A DNA stretch of 64,000 bases from Minisyncoccota bacterium (GTDB lineage: Bacteria > Patescibacteriota > Minisyncoccia > UBA6257 > 2-01-FULL-56-20): the NCBI GenBank assembly GCA_022843285.1, contig JALHNY010000001.1, positions 15,128 to 79,127 on the forward strand, written 5' to 3'. The notes under the pieces are model-generated. The model was not told the origin of the DNA, made no database searches, and was given only the letters and a program-made list of their open reading frames with translations. Both the position numbers and the translations under genes were made by a program. Numbering within the stretch: position 1 is the first letter of the stretch; each line of letters starts with the position of its first letter. Shown one piece after another: positions 24,201 through 35,717 of this stretch.

Positions 24201-24452
24201 TTACTCCTCGGTCTTCTTGGCGCGTGCCTTCTTTTCCTTCTTCTCAGCCGGTGCCGCAGCCTGGCGGGAGCGGAAGCGCTCCACGCGGCCTGCCGTGTCG
24301 ATGAGCTTCTGCTCACCGGTGAAGTACGGGTGGCACTTCGAGCAGATTTCGACGTTGTACGACTCCTGGGTTCCGCCCACGACGAAGGTGGCGCCGCAGC
24401 CGCAGGTGACGGTCGCCGAGGGGTGGTACGTGGGGTGGATTTCTGCCTTCAT
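24201..24452 (-). CDS. rpmE: 50S ribosomal protein bL31 (Zn-binding type)
   Basis: MKAEIHPTY, CGCG, CSKCHPYFTG, GRVERF. Confidence 0.97.
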   Translation of the reverse strand: MKAEIHPTYHPSATVTCGCGATFVVGGTQESYNVEICSKCHPYFTGEQKLIDTAGRVERFRSRQAAAPAEKKEKKARAKKTEE

Positions 24453-24483
24453 AACGGGCGGATACTAACAGTGGTCTCTAGGT

Positions 24484-24511
24484 TTGACAAGGCTTTATCG
24501 CCACGTATACT
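24484..24511 (+). promoter_or_regulatory. rRNA promoter
   Basis: TTGACA-16-TATACT about 300 nt upstream of the 16S gene. Confidence 0.75.
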
Positions 24512-24813
24512 CCGTTCTGCACTCTGCCTGCAAGTGAATCCGGCCCCTGGCTGGCACGGACTGGCGGAGCGGTCCTTGAAAGTGCGACATAAGATAGTAA
24601 TCCACCGGAGCACACTGATAGTGCTCCAAACAAAAAAGCTTAGTAGTTGTCTCAATAGCGTCTGACTCCCTGTAACGGGGCGTACGGCGTTAAACAAAAA
24701 CAACTACTCAAAATAAACCTGTTTATTTGAGTGACCCAACGGAGGATGAGCTCTACGCGTACGAACCTCGACCGCGCAAGCGGAGACAAGTACCACGCGA
24801 TACCTTATTTTTC

Positions 24814-26388
<1,575 letters not shown>

Positions 26389-26611
26389 CTTACTCTCACA
26401 ACACCTCCTGAATCTTGTAATGAGACCAGGCGTGAGAGAGGTCGGTCACTCCAGAGCACTTCAGTGTGCAACACCAATGGGGGTTCAATAGGCCCCTGCG
26501 GACTGTCTGGTGTGGATCGCTACAGTCGTAGCACCTATTGAGGCAACTACTAAGCTTTTTTACTGGATTGCTATCGGGAAACGCCGTAAAATGTGGTACC
26601 CTTTGCCACGA

Positions 26612-27028
26612 ATGGTCGAATCCCCGAACCTTGCACTCATCGTTGAGGACCAGAAATTTCTGTCCTCAATTTTGAAAGCCCGCCTCGAGCGGGAGGGTGT
26701 TGAAGTGGCCCAAGCTTTTGACGGAGAGGAAGCGATTCGCGTCCTCACCACCACCAAGCCGGGCGTCGTGGTCCTGGATCTCGTCATGCCGAAAACTTCG
26801 GGATTCGAGGTGCTGGAAGCCATCGCGCTCAACCCCCAGCTGAAGGCCATGCCCGTCCTGGTGCTGAGCAACCTCGCCCAGGACGAGGACATCGCCAAGG
26901 TGAAGCAGCTCGGCGCGAAGGAGTACTTCGTGAAAGTGCAAAACCCCGTCGAGACGCTCGTCGCACGCATCAAGAACTACCTGCCCACGCAGGCGCAGGC
27001 ACCCCAACCCGTACCCCTACCCCAATGA
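26612..27028 (+). CDS. Single-domain response regulator
   Basis: LIVED, VVLDLVMPKTSGFEVL, YFVK. Confidence 0.9.
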   Translation: MVESPNLALIVEDQKFLSSILKARLEREGVEVAQAFDGEEAIRVLTTTKPGVVVLDLVMPKTSGFEVLEAIALNPQLKAMPVLVLSNLAQDEDIAKVKQLGAKEYFVKVQNPVETLVARIKNYLPTQAQAPQPVPLPQ

Positions 27029-27336
27029 TCTCAGAAGACCTCCGCTCGCAGATCGTAACCGGCGCCAAAGTGCGCGTCTTTGAGGGCAAGGCGAAGAGCC
27101 CCTTCACGGGCCTCGTCATCGCCACCAAGCACGGGAAGGAGGCGGGCGGCACCTTCACGGTGCGCTCCATCGTGGGTGGCGTCGGCGTCGAGAAGGTGCT
27201 CCCGTTCAACTCTCCGAACATCACGAAGGTTGAGGTCGTCAACGCGCCCAAGAACGTGCACAAGTCCAAGCTGTACTACGTGCGAGACATGAGCGGATCC
27301 ACCATCCGCAAGCGCCTCGGGGCATCGCTCTCGTAG
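27025..27336 (+). CDS. rplS: 50S ribosomal protein bL19
   Basis: FTGLVIA, TFTVR, GVGVEKV, KLYYVR. Confidence 0.95.
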   Translation: MISEDLRSQIVTGAKVRVFEGKAKSPFTGLVIATKHGKEAGGTFTVRSIVGGVGVEKVLPFNSPNITKVEVVNAPKNVHKSKLYYVRDMSGSTIRKRLGASLS

Positions 27337-27381
27337 CCATTGCACCGCTGACAAAGGGCTCGTACACTGTGCGAGCCCTTT

Positions 27382-27468
27382 GCGCAGGTGGTGAAACTGG
27401 TAGACACGCCATCTTGAGGGGGTGGTCCCGATTTCGGGGTGGAGGTTCAAGTCCTCTCCTGCGCACCA
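27382..27468 (+). tRNA. tRNA-Leu(GAG)
   Basis: GCGCAGG/CCTGCGC acceptor stem, CCATC-TT-GAG-GG-GGTGG anticodon arm, long variable arm, GGTTCAAGTCC, encoded CCA. Confidence 0.96.
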
Positions 27469-27607
27469 GACCGGAAGAGGCAGCCCAGCGGCTGCCTCTT
27501 CCTACGCCCGTGGTACTTGCAAAAATAATGAAAAGTGGTATAATGGGGGCAAGTGCGAGAGCACCGAAAGTTTAAAAACTAAATAAATCTTTGGGAGAAG
27601 AAAAAAA

Positions 27608-28861
27608 GTGATCAAAAACTTTATTTTTACGGTTGCCATCGGCATGGCAATCACGGCAATCAACGTCTTCGGACAATCGGACCCGTTTACGGGATGGAAC
27701 TGCACTTCGGTAGCGACCAACGGCGGGTACTGCACCCGCACGCTCGCCGCCAACGACATCGGCTGGAACTTCGCCGGCACGCTCTTCAACGACAACCGTC
27801 TCTGGACGCGATTCGTTGACGACAACCCGGACAAGGTGAAGGTCTTTGAGCGCAACGGCAAGACCATTCTGCAGTGGCGCGAGGGTGAAGAAATTCGCAT
27901 CCGCCGCACGGATCTGGCTGCCATAGCAAACGGAACGGCGACGATGCCCGCGGCACCGGCAACGGTCGGCGTGGAAATTGTCGCAGCAGAGTCGTGGTGG
28001 CAATCGCCGTGGTCTCTCGTTTACTACCTCGTCGGTCTTCTGACCCTGAGCGCGCTGGCGATCCTCGCCATGCTCGCCCTGGCAGCACTCGAGCGGTTCC
28101 GGCGCAGCAGCGCGAACAGACCTGCGGACATCGGACCGGGATTCCGTCCCACCGATGCGCGCACCATGTTCAACATGCCGCCCCGGACGCGCGAGGTCGT
28201 GAACCACTACGGTTCCACCCTGATGCCCGGCGGGTTCGACGTGATCTACCAGGTCACCGTCGAAAACGGCACGTTCCCGACGCGATACAGCGACGGGCGC
28301 GACCGGACCGCGTTCGCAAACGGTGACAACCTGCTCTTCGGGGTCAAACTCGACGAGCAGGGGAACATCGAGCAGGTCGTCCCGGCATGGCAGATGTGCT
28401 TCAACCCGCTCGCGCGCCTCACGGCGGAATCGGCTCAGCAGCTGCTGCAGTCCAACCCGACGTTCGCCAACCCGACGGTGCTGCACACCCGCAAGGGCAA
28501 GACGGCACCGGCGTGGGAAGCGGTTGAAGCCTTCTGGCGCAACACCGTCCAGGTCGTTGCACAGCCGGCAACCGAGGAAGTCGCAGCGGATCAGACCGCA
28601 GCGGCGAACCCGGTGGCAGCCGACTCTCTCAATTCGGTGGTGAACCTGACGGAGCAGGGGCTCATGCTGAAGGGCAGAATCAATTTGCCCGACGGAATGA
28701 CCCTGGACACGGGTGACCAGTTCGTCAGCATGACGGGACTCGGCACCCTCCAGAAGGACGGCACCACCATCACCGTCTCGGCTCACAGCATCACGGATCC
28801 GGTCCACGAGACCCCCGGCGGTGAGACCGAAGACAAGACGAACGCAGCCAATGCGTCCTAA
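27608..28861 (+). CDS. Hypothetical exported/membrane protein
   Basis: 417 aa with signal-like N-terminus and one internal TM; TTGCAA-16-TATAAT promoter and terminator at ~28886-28909. Confidence 0.8.
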   Translation: MIKNFIFTVAIGMAITAINVFGQSDPFTGWNCTSVATNGGYCTRTLAANDIGWNFAGTLFNDNRLWTRFVDDNPDKVKVFERNGKTILQWREGEEIRIRRTDLAAIANGTATMPAAPATVGVEIVAAESWWQSPWSLVYYLVGLLTLSALAILAMLALAALERFRRSSANRPADIGPGFRPTDARTMFNMPPRTREVVNHYGSTLMPGGFDVIYQVTVENGTFPTRYSDGRDRTAFANGDNLLFGVKLDEQGNIEQVVPAWQMCFNPLARLTAESAQQLLQSNPTFANPTVLHTRKGKTAPAWEAVEAFWRNTVQVVAQPATEEVAADQTAAANPVAADSLNSVVNLTEQGLMLKGRINLPDGMTLDTGDQFVSMTGLGTLQKDGTTITVSAHSITDPVHETPGGETEDKTNAANAS

Positions 28862-28908
28862 CAGGAAAGTTTGGCAAAAGAAATTGGGACCCTCCGGGGT
28901 CCCGTTTT

Positions 28909-29748
28909 TTACTTCTGCACCATGCGCACGTCCATGCGGGCGTACGCCAGCTGGATGTCCTCCTCCTGGCGGATGGCGTCCAGGATGCCCTCGCTGATTT
29001 CGCTCGCCACGCGGTTCGCCGCGCGCACCTTCACGTCGTAGCGGATCTCCATGAGCACGCCATTGTCCGTGAGCTTCACGCGGGTGTGCGCCCTCGAGTC
29101 CGCACCGGACACGCTGCTCGCGACCTCCTCGGCAATTTCGCGGGCGCGCTTCACGTTGCTGTCGTACGTGACCGTGAGCTCCACCTCGCCGAGCACCGTG
29201 TCCTCGCCGTCGCCGTAGCGGGTGACGGGCAGCTCGAAGATGACGTTGTTCGGGACGAGAATCGTGCGCCCGGAGACGTCCTCGGCTCCGTACCTGCCGA
29301 CCTCCGCGAGCGAGATGTGCGTGAGGGTCACGTCCAAGACGTCGCCGCGGGCGATGGTGCCGATCACGATGCGGTCTCCGATGCCGAACGGGCGCTTCAC
29401 GAGGATGGTGAACCAGGCTGCGACGGACGCGGCGGGTCGCTGCAGGGCGAAACCGGCTGCCGCGGCCATGACGCCGAGCGAGACGCCGAGTCCGGTCCAG
29501 GAGCCGCTGTAGCTGAAGGCTCCCACGAGAATGACGAGAGCAATGAAGATGTAGCGAAAGATGCGAATTGCCTGGCGCACGTGCACGGCGCTCCGGCGCT
29601 TGCTGGACTGGGCGCCAGCCGTGCGTTCCACCAGCGACAGGACCAGGTTGCCCAGCACGAGCACGAAGATGAGCGGCATCACGACCGCGGTGATCCTGAG
29701 CAGGGACTCGACGGGGATGCGGTCCAGGTAGCTCGTGAAGCTCTCCAT
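28909..29748 (-). CDS. mscS: Small-conductance mechanosensitive channel
   Basis: GFALQ, RPFGIGDRI, VPNN. Confidence 0.92.
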   Translation of the reverse strand: MESFTSYLDRIPVESLLRITAVVMPLIFVLVLGNLVLSLVERTAGAQSSKRRSAVHVRQAIRIFRYIFIALVILVGAFSYSGSWTGLGVSLGVMAAAAGFALQRPAASVAAWFTILVKRPFGIGDRIVIGTIARGDVLDVTLTHISLAEVGRYGAEDVSGRTILVPNNVIFELPVTRYGDGEDTVLGEVELTVTYDSNVKRAREIAEEVASSVSGADSRAHTRVKLTDNGVLMEIRYDVKVRAANRVASEISEGILDAIRQEEDIQLAYARMDVRMVQK

Positions 29749-29791
29749 GCGGCCTAGTGTACCACCGCTGGGGCACTGCTACACTCTCCGC

Positions 29792-30391
29792 GTGCACCGC
29801 ATCGGCATAGACGAGGTGGGCCGCGGGCCGCTCGCGGGTCCCGTGGTGGTCGCCGCGGTTGCCGTTCCGCGCGGCTTCCGCCTCCCGAAAGACCTGGGCC
29901 CGCTCCGCGACTCGAAGAGGCTCACGAAGCTCGCGCGAGAGCGCTGGGCGCGGTGGATCCGCGCCAACCTGCCCCACGCCATCTCGCGCAGCTCTGCCGC
30001 CACGATCGACGCGCGGGGGATTGCCCGCTGCGCGAACGCGTGCGCGCTGCGCGCGTACCGCAAGCTCGCGGATGAGGTGGGGGAGGCACCGGTGCGCCTG
30101 GACGGCGGTCTGTACCTGGGATCCAGGGCCAAGCAGCTCGCCGATTTCCCGCGCGCCTCGACCTTCCCGCGCGCCGATGAGGACCACGCCGAGGTGGCGC
30201 TCGCGTCCATCATTGCCAAGGTGACGCGAGACCGAATCCTCGCCCGCTACGACCGCGAGCACCCCGGGTACGGGTTCTCGGAGCACGCCGGGTACGGGAC
30301 GAAGGCGCACTACGCAGCCCTGAAAAAGCTGGGCCCGAGCCCGGTTCACCGGTTGACCTTTCTGGGGTCCCTCGGTACTATGGGCCGGTAA
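29792..30391 (+). CDS. rnhB: Ribonuclease HII
   Basis: GIDEVGRGPLAGPVV, DSKRL, ASIIAKVTRD, GYGT. Confidence 0.96.
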   Translation: MHRIGIDEVGRGPLAGPVVVAAVAVPRGFRLPKDLGPLRDSKRLTKLARERWARWIRANLPHAISRSSAATIDARGIARCANACALRAYRKLADEVGEAPVRLDGGLYLGSRAKQLADFPRASTFPRADEDHAEVALASIIAKVTRDRILARYDREHPGYGFSEHAGYGTKAHYAALKKLGPSPVHRLTFLGSLGTMGR

Positions 30392-30400
30392 TTCACTGCC

Positions 30401-30784
30401 ATGGGAGGAGTACCAGTCAAACACCACACGAAGGGCAAGGTTGGCCGCCGGCGTTCTCACCACGCCCTGAAGCCGACGAACCTGCTCGCCTGCACCGAGT
30501 GCAAGGCGCCGGTTCTGGCGCACCGCGTGTGCGGCAACTGCGGCACGCTCCAGACCCGCTCCACCCGCGCCGCTGCACCTCAGGTGAAGCACGAGAAGGT
30601 GGCAAAGGCTGCGCCCGCTGCTGCCCCCGTAGAGGAGGCGAGCGAGGCTCCGGCCGAAGAGGTTGAGGCAGCTGAGCCCGAGGCCGCAGGGGAAGAGGCA
30701 GCAGCTCCTGAGGCCGAGGAGGCCGCCGGCGCAGAGGATTCTGCCGAGCCCGAGGCCGAGAAGGAAGGCGAGGAGCGCACGTAG
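30401..30784 (+). CDS. rpmF: 50S ribosomal protein bL32 with long acidic extension
   Basis: RRRSH...CTEC...HRVCGNCG followed by an Ala/Glu-rich tail. Confidence 0.92.
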   Translation: MGGVPVKHHTKGKVGRRRSHHALKPTNLLACTECKAPVLAHRVCGNCGTLQTRSTRAAAPQVKHEKVAKAAPAAAPVEEASEAPAEEVEAAEPEAAGEEAAAPEAEEAAGAEDSAEPEAEKEGEERT

Positions 30785-30829
30785 CGCCCGCCGCTCCGCG
30801 GAGCACAGACCAGCACCTTCCCTCAACTC

Positions 30830-31294
30830 ATGGCAACCCGACACCTCATCCGCAGTGTCATCCTCCAGTCCCTCTACGAGTGGGACTTCTACGGCCGCTC
30901 CGGCGATCTCGCGAAGATTCTGGATCGCAACCTCGAGGAGTTCGCGCCGGGCATCGATGAGCCCGAGTTCGCGTGGAAGATTCTCCAGCGCATCGTCGAG
31001 CACCTCGCCGAGCTGGACCAGATGATCACCGAGCTCGCACCCGAGTGGCCGCTGGACAAGATTGCGATCATAGACCGCAACATTCTGCGCATCGGGCTCT
31101 CCGAGCTGCTGTACGCGGACCACAACGAGGTGCCCCCGAAGGTTGCCATTAACGAGTCCATCGAGATGGCGAAGGGCTTCGGCGGCCAGAGCTCGCCCCG
31201 CTTCATCAACGGCGTCCTCGGCACGGTGTACCGGGACCGCATCGCGCCCCACGAGGCAGCACCCGCCGCCGCAGACACCCACCAGTCCGCCTAG
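30830..31294 (+). CDS. nusB: Transcription antitermination factor NusB
   Basis: IDRNILR, VAINESIE, FINGVLG. Confidence 0.96.
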   Translation: MATRHLIRSVILQSLYEWDFYGRSGDLAKILDRNLEEFAPGIDEPEFAWKILQRIVEHLAELDQMITELAPEWPLDKIAIIDRNILRIGLSELLYADHNEVPPKVAINESIEMAKGFGGQSSPRFINGVLGTVYRDRIAPHEAAPAAADTHQSA

Positions 31295-31297
31295 CGC

Positions 31298-31996
31298 ATG
31301 GCGGACTCTGCGAGCCTCGACAAACTCGAAGCGGCGCTGGGCGTCTCCTTCAGGGACCGCGCGCTCCTCAGGGAGGCCCTCACGCACCGCTCGTACCTCA
31401 ACGAGAACCCCACGTGGTCCGCGCGCCACAACGAGCGCCTCGAGTACCTCGGCGACGCCGTCCTCGAGCTCGCCATCTCCGAGGCCCTGTACCGCGACCA
31501 CCCGGACGCGGACGAGGGCGAGCTGACCGCCGTGCGCGCCGCGCTGGTGAACTACCAGTCCCTCGCGAGGCTCGCCGAGCAGCTCGGGCTCGGCTCGCAC
31601 ATCCGCATGAGCCGCGGCGAGGCGCGGGACAAGGGCCGCGCGCGGGAGGTCATCATGGCCAACGCCATGGAGGCGGTCATCGGCGCGATGTACCTCGATG
31701 CCGGCATCGAGCCGGTAGCCGAGCTCGCCGGGGTACACCTCGTCTCGCGCGCTGGAGACATTCTCGCCACGAAGTCGTACAAGGATCCCAAGAGCGCGCT
31801 CCAGGAGATCGTGCAGGAGCGAGACCGCGTCACACCGACGTACCGGGTCATCAGTGAGGAGGGACCCGCCCACCAGCGCACCTTCACGGTAGGCGTGTAC
31901 GTGGGCCCCAAGCAGGTTGCCGAGGGCACGGGCCCGAGCAAGCAGGAGGCAGAGGTCGAGGCGGCGTCGCGCGCGCTAGCCGCGCACCAGGGCTGA
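31298..31996 (+). CDS. rnc: Ribonuclease III
   Basis: NERLEYLGDAVL signature and dsRBD (DPKSALQE). Confidence 0.97.
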   Translation: MADSASLDKLEAALGVSFRDRALLREALTHRSYLNENPTWSARHNERLEYLGDAVLELAISEALYRDHPDADEGELTAVRAALVNYQSLARLAEQLGLGSHIRMSRGEARDKGRAREVIMANAMEAVIGAMYLDAGIEPVAELAGVHLVSRAGDILATKSYKDPKSALQEIVQERDRVTPTYRVISEEGPAHQRTFTVGVYVGPKQVAEGTGPSKQEAEVEAASRALAAHQG

Positions 31997-34119
31997 TGCC
32001 GCACCTGCTGCGCCGCATCGAGCTGTCCGGCTTCAAGTCCTTCGCGAGCAGGACGGTCATCGACCTGCCGCGCGGCATCACGGCCATCGTCGGCCCCAAC
32101 GGCTCGGGCAAGAGCAACGTGGTGGACGCCGTCCGCTGGCTCCTCGGCGAGCGCGACGCCAAGCACCTCCGCGGCGGCACCGTGGACGACCTGATCTTCG
32201 CGGGCACGCCCAAGCGCGCGCGCGTGGGGCAGGCGAGCGCCAGCTTCACCTTCGACAACTCGTCCGGCGTCCTCGCCGTCGACGCACCCGAGGTCGTCCT
32301 CAGCCGCCAGGTGAGCCGGGACGGCACGAGCCGCTACTTCATCAACAAGCAGGAGGTGCTCCTCCGCGACCTCGTGGACGTCATGGCCAGGGCACGCCTC
32401 GGCGCGAGGGGGCTGACCGTCGTGAGCCAGGGCAACAGCGACGTCTTCGTGCAGGCACCGCCGGCGAAGCGCCGCGAGATGGTGGAGGAGCTCCTCGGGC
32501 TGCGCGAGTTCCAGCTCAAGAAGCGCGACGCGGAGCGCCGGCTGAAAGCTGCCGAGGCCAACCTCGCGCAGGTGCACGCGCTCACCGCCGAGCTCGAGCC
32601 GCAGCTGCGCATGCTCCGCCGGCAGGTCGGCCGCTTCGAGCGCCGCGATGGCATCGCCGCCGAGCTCCGCGCCGCCGAGGACGAGCTGTACGGCTCGCAG
32701 CTGTCCGCAGCCAGGCGCGAGCTCTCCTCCGCCACCGCCGAGCTCGCGGACCTCGAGGCGCAGCGCCCGGGCTTGGAGCGCGCGCGCGACGGGGCCATTG
32801 CCGCGCGCCAAGAGGTGGAAGATCGATCGCCGGTAGAGCGCGAGGAGCTGGCCCGCGTGCAGTCCGAGCTCGTCCGCGCGCTCTCCGCGGAGAGCGAGGT
32901 GCAGAAGCTCGCGGGCCGCACGGAAGCCCGCCTCGAGATGCTCGTGGCGCGCGCGGCAGCCCCCGAAGAGCTGGACCGCGCCGCCCTCTTCGACCTGCTC
33001 CGCGCGGCGCAGGACGAGATAGACAGCCTCGTCGCGTCGCGGGACTCGAGCTCCGTGTTCGATCGCCTGCGCGGCTTGGCTGAGCGCATCAGAGTCGCGT
33101 TCACCGGAAAAGCCGCGGGCGAAGACCCCGAGGCGGCCGGGCTGCGCGAGGAGCTCGTGGGGCACCGCGCGAAGCTAGCCGATCTCGCGGAGCAGGCCCG
33201 CGCGCTGCGCACCAGGGCCGACGAGCTCGAGGCGAGCCAGGCCACGTTCTACGAGGCGTTCCGCGCCGCATCGCTGGCGCTCGACCAGGCGCACCTCGCG
33301 CTCGAGTCCTGGCGCGGCAAGGTAGCCGCTGCGGAGTCCAGGCGCGAGCGCGCCGAGCTCGCCCGCGCGAACGTGCTCCAGGCGCTGGAGCACGCCACCC
33401 GTGACGAGGCGTCCCTGCCGGATGTGGCGCACGCCCTCTCGCACGAGGACGTCACGCGGCTCGAGCGGCAGGTGTTCCGCCTCCGCGGCGAGCTCGCGGC
33501 AATCGGCGACGTCGACGAGCAGATGATCGCGGACGCGCGCTCCACGGAGGAGCGGTACCAGCAGCTCACGGCGGAAGCCGCCGAGCTCGAGTCCGCACGT
33601 GCGGACCTGGTCGAGCTCGCAGCCGACCTGGACCGCCGCATCACCCGCGAATTCTCCGACGCCATCTCGTCCATCTCCGATGAGTTCAGCAAGCTGTTCG
33701 CCTCGATGTTCGGCGGGGGAGCGGCGCGCCTCGTGCCCGTCTCCGCGAAGGGCACCAGCGATGACGGGGACGAGGAGGCGGACGCGACCGGCATCGAGAT
33801 CGAGGTGCAGCTCCCGAAGAAGCGCGCGAGCAGCCTCGAGGTGCTCTCCGGCGGGGAGCGCAGCCTCGTGGGTCTCGCCGCGCTGTTCGCGCTCGTGTCC
33901 GTATCGCCGCCGCCGTTTCTGGTGCTCGACGAGGTGGACGCCCCACTCGACGAGCGGAACGCGCGCCGGTTCGGCGAGCTGCTGCGCAGCTTCGCGCACG
34001 AGACGCAGTTCGTGATCGTGACGCACAACCGCGCGACGATGGAGGCAGCCGACGTGCTCTACGGGGTGACGCTCGAGGCGGACGGGGGATCGAAGGTGGT
34101 GAGCCTCAAGATTGCGTAG
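31996..34119 (+). CDS. smc: Short SMC-family chromosome segregation ATPase
   Basis: GFKSF, GPNGSGKSN, LSGGE, LDEVDAPLD; rnc-smc synteny. Confidence 0.9.
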   Translation: MPHLLRRIELSGFKSFASRTVIDLPRGITAIVGPNGSGKSNVVDAVRWLLGERDAKHLRGGTVDDLIFAGTPKRARVGQASASFTFDNSSGVLAVDAPEVVLSRQVSRDGTSRYFINKQEVLLRDLVDVMARARLGARGLTVVSQGNSDVFVQAPPAKRREMVEELLGLREFQLKKRDAERRLKAAEANLAQVHALTAELEPQLRMLRRQVGRFERRDGIAAELRAAEDELYGSQLSAARRELSSATAELADLEAQRPGLERARDGAIAARQEVEDRSPVEREELARVQSELVRALSAESEVQKLAGRTEARLEMLVARAAAPEELDRAALFDLLRAAQDEIDSLVASRDSSSVFDRLRGLAERIRVAFTGKAAGEDPEAAGLREELVGHRAKLADLAEQARALRTRADELEASQATFYEAFRAASLALDQAHLALESWRGKVAAAESRRERAELARANVLQALEHATRDEASLPDVAHALSHEDVTRLERQVFRLRGELAAIGDVDEQMIADARSTEERYQQLTAEAAELESARADLVELAADLDRRITREFSDAISSISDEFSKLFASMFGGGAARLVPVSAKGTSDDGDEEADATGIEIEVQLPKKRASSLEVLSGGERSLVGLAALFALVSVSPPPFLVLDEVDAPLDERNARRFGELLRSFAHETQFVIVTHNRATMEAADVLYGVTLEADGGSKVVSLKIA

Positions 34120-34197
34120 CGCTTGACGAGCCTGCCCTGGCTGCGCCTTAATGAGCGCAGTGCTTCGGCATTAAAACTAAAAACAGGGAGGAGACGT

Positions 34198-34698
34198 ATG
34201 AACAAGATACTTCTCGTGATTGCCGTGGCGCTCTGCGCCGCGTGTGGCGTGAGCCACGAGCCGCCTGCTCAGGCGCACTACCTCGTGGAGACGGAGCCGG
34301 CGGTGGTCATGCCCGATCCGGAAACCTTCTACGAGCTTTTACCCGTCACCGATCTCCCGGAGAACGACTTCGTCATTCTCTGCGGCGATTACTTCCAGGA
34401 GGCGACCGATGGAAGGAACACGCTCGTCGGGTTCATCTACGCCCTCAGTCCTTCGCAGACCGGGCAGCTGGTGTTCCTGCCGCGCTCGATGCGCCTCGTC
34501 CGCGACGACTCGCTCGCCGTTCCGCGGGCTCGGATAGACATGCTCAGCTCTCCCATGGTGGAGGTAAAAATGAGCAAGCAGTCGTACGATGCCGCGCCCT
34601 GCCTGAGGAAGACCGTGCTCGAGTCTCCCAAGGGCAAGCCCATCCCCCCGAAAGCCCCGGATCTCGAGGCTATCAAGAAACTCGCCCAGGACGCCTAG
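34198..34698 (+). CDS. Hypothetical lipoprotein
   Basis: MNKILLVIAVALCAAC lipobox-like N-terminus; GGAGG SD. Confidence 0.75.
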   Translation: MNKILLVIAVALCAACGVSHEPPAQAHYLVETEPAVVMPDPETFYELLPVTDLPENDFVILCGDYFQEATDGRNTLVGFIYALSPSQTGQLVFLPRSMRLVRDDSLAVPRARIDMLSSPMVEVKMSKQSYDAAPCLRKTVLESPKGKPIPPKAPDLEAIKKLAQDA

Positions 34699-34768
34699 AT
34701 TTCCTAGGCTTCTGACACCGGAAGCCCTTGCAATAGCAGGGGCTTTCTTGTACTGTTGCCCGGCAAAC

Positions 34769-35272
34769 ATGCTGTCCATCAAGCTCCAGCGCATCGGACG
34801 TCGGCACCAGCCCAGCTACCGGGTCGTGGTCGCCGAGTCTCGCTCCAAGCTCATCGCTCCTCCCGTTGAGGACCTCGGCTCGTACAACCCCTTCACGAAG
34901 GCTTTCGCCGTGAAGGGTGACCGCGTCACGTACTGGATCAGCAAGGGCGCACAGGCGACCGATTCGGTTCACAACCTGCTCGCCAAGAACGGCATCGTCT
35001 CGGAGAAGCCCCGCAAGCTCGCCATGCCGCCGAAGGACCTCGAGAAGATTGCTGCAGCCGAAGCTGCAGCAGCCGAGAAGGCCGCAGCGGCAGCTGCGCG
35101 CGCAGCAGAGGCAGAGGCTGCAGCCGCAGCTCCTGCGGAAGAGGCTGCCGAGGCTCCCGTAGAGGAGGCAGCCGCAGAGGATCCTGCCGAAGCCCCCGCC
35201 GAGGAACAGGCGGCAGCTGCCGAGGAGCCCACGGAAGAGGCTCCCGCAGAGGAGGAAAAGACCGAGGCCTAG
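34769..35272 (+). CDS. rpsP: 30S ribosomal protein bS16 with acidic extension
   Basis: MLSIKLQRIG...YRVVVA...GSYNP...GAQ. Confidence 0.96.
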   Translation: MLSIKLQRIGRRHQPSYRVVVAESRSKLIAPPVEDLGSYNPFTKAFAVKGDRVTYWISKGAQATDSVHNLLAKNGIVSEKPRKLAMPPKDLEKIAAAEAAAAEKAAAAAARAAEAEAAAAAPAEEAAEAPVEEAAAEDPAEAPAEEQAAAAEEPTEEAPAEEEKTEA

Positions 35273-35363
35273 AGCCTCGGCTTTTTTAACCTCCTTCTGC
35301 TACACTGTCCGCGCAGCGGCAGCAGCCGCAAAGGTCCTCACAGAAAGAACAGACAGATTTGCA

Positions 35364-35657
35364 ATGAACAATCACGCAGACGTTGCCTTCCTGGAGTTCG
35401 TGGTGCAGTCCCTCGTGGATCACCCGGACGAGGTGAAGGTAGAGAGAAAGGTGGATGAGCGGGGAGTCCTGCTCACGCTCCACGTGAACCAGCAGGACAT
35501 GGGGTACATCGTCGGCCGCGGCGGCACGACCGCGAAGGCGATTCGCACGCTCCTGCGCATCGTGGGCATTCGCAACAACGCGCGGGTAAACCTCAAGGTT
35601 GAAGAGCCGGAGGGATCGAACCGCCGCCGCACGTTCAGCGAGCCCTCGGAGAGCTAG
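35364..35657 (+). CDS. khpA: KH-domain RNA-binding protein
   Basis: DMGYIVGRGGTTAKAIRTLL; follows rpsP. Confidence 0.92.
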   Translation: MNNHADVAFLEFVVQSLVDHPDEVKVERKVDERGVLLTLHVNQQDMGYIVGRGGTTAKAIRTLLRIVGIRNNARVNLKVEEPEGSNRRRTFSEPSES

Positions 35658-35667
35658 CGCGTTACTG

Positions 35668-35706
35668 AAAAGGTAAAGGCGGGTAGGTGCCCGCCTTTAC
35701 CTTTTC
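35668..35706. terminator. Bidirectional terminator
   Basis: AAAAGGTAAAGGCGGGT...GCCCGCCTTTACCTTTT. Confidence 0.75.
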
Positions 35707-35717
35707 TTAATGTCCGG

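Noticed and set aside
27572-31873. 1433-aa minus-strand ORF
   Set aside because: It spans six clear genes in other frames and reads as low-complexity shadow translation.
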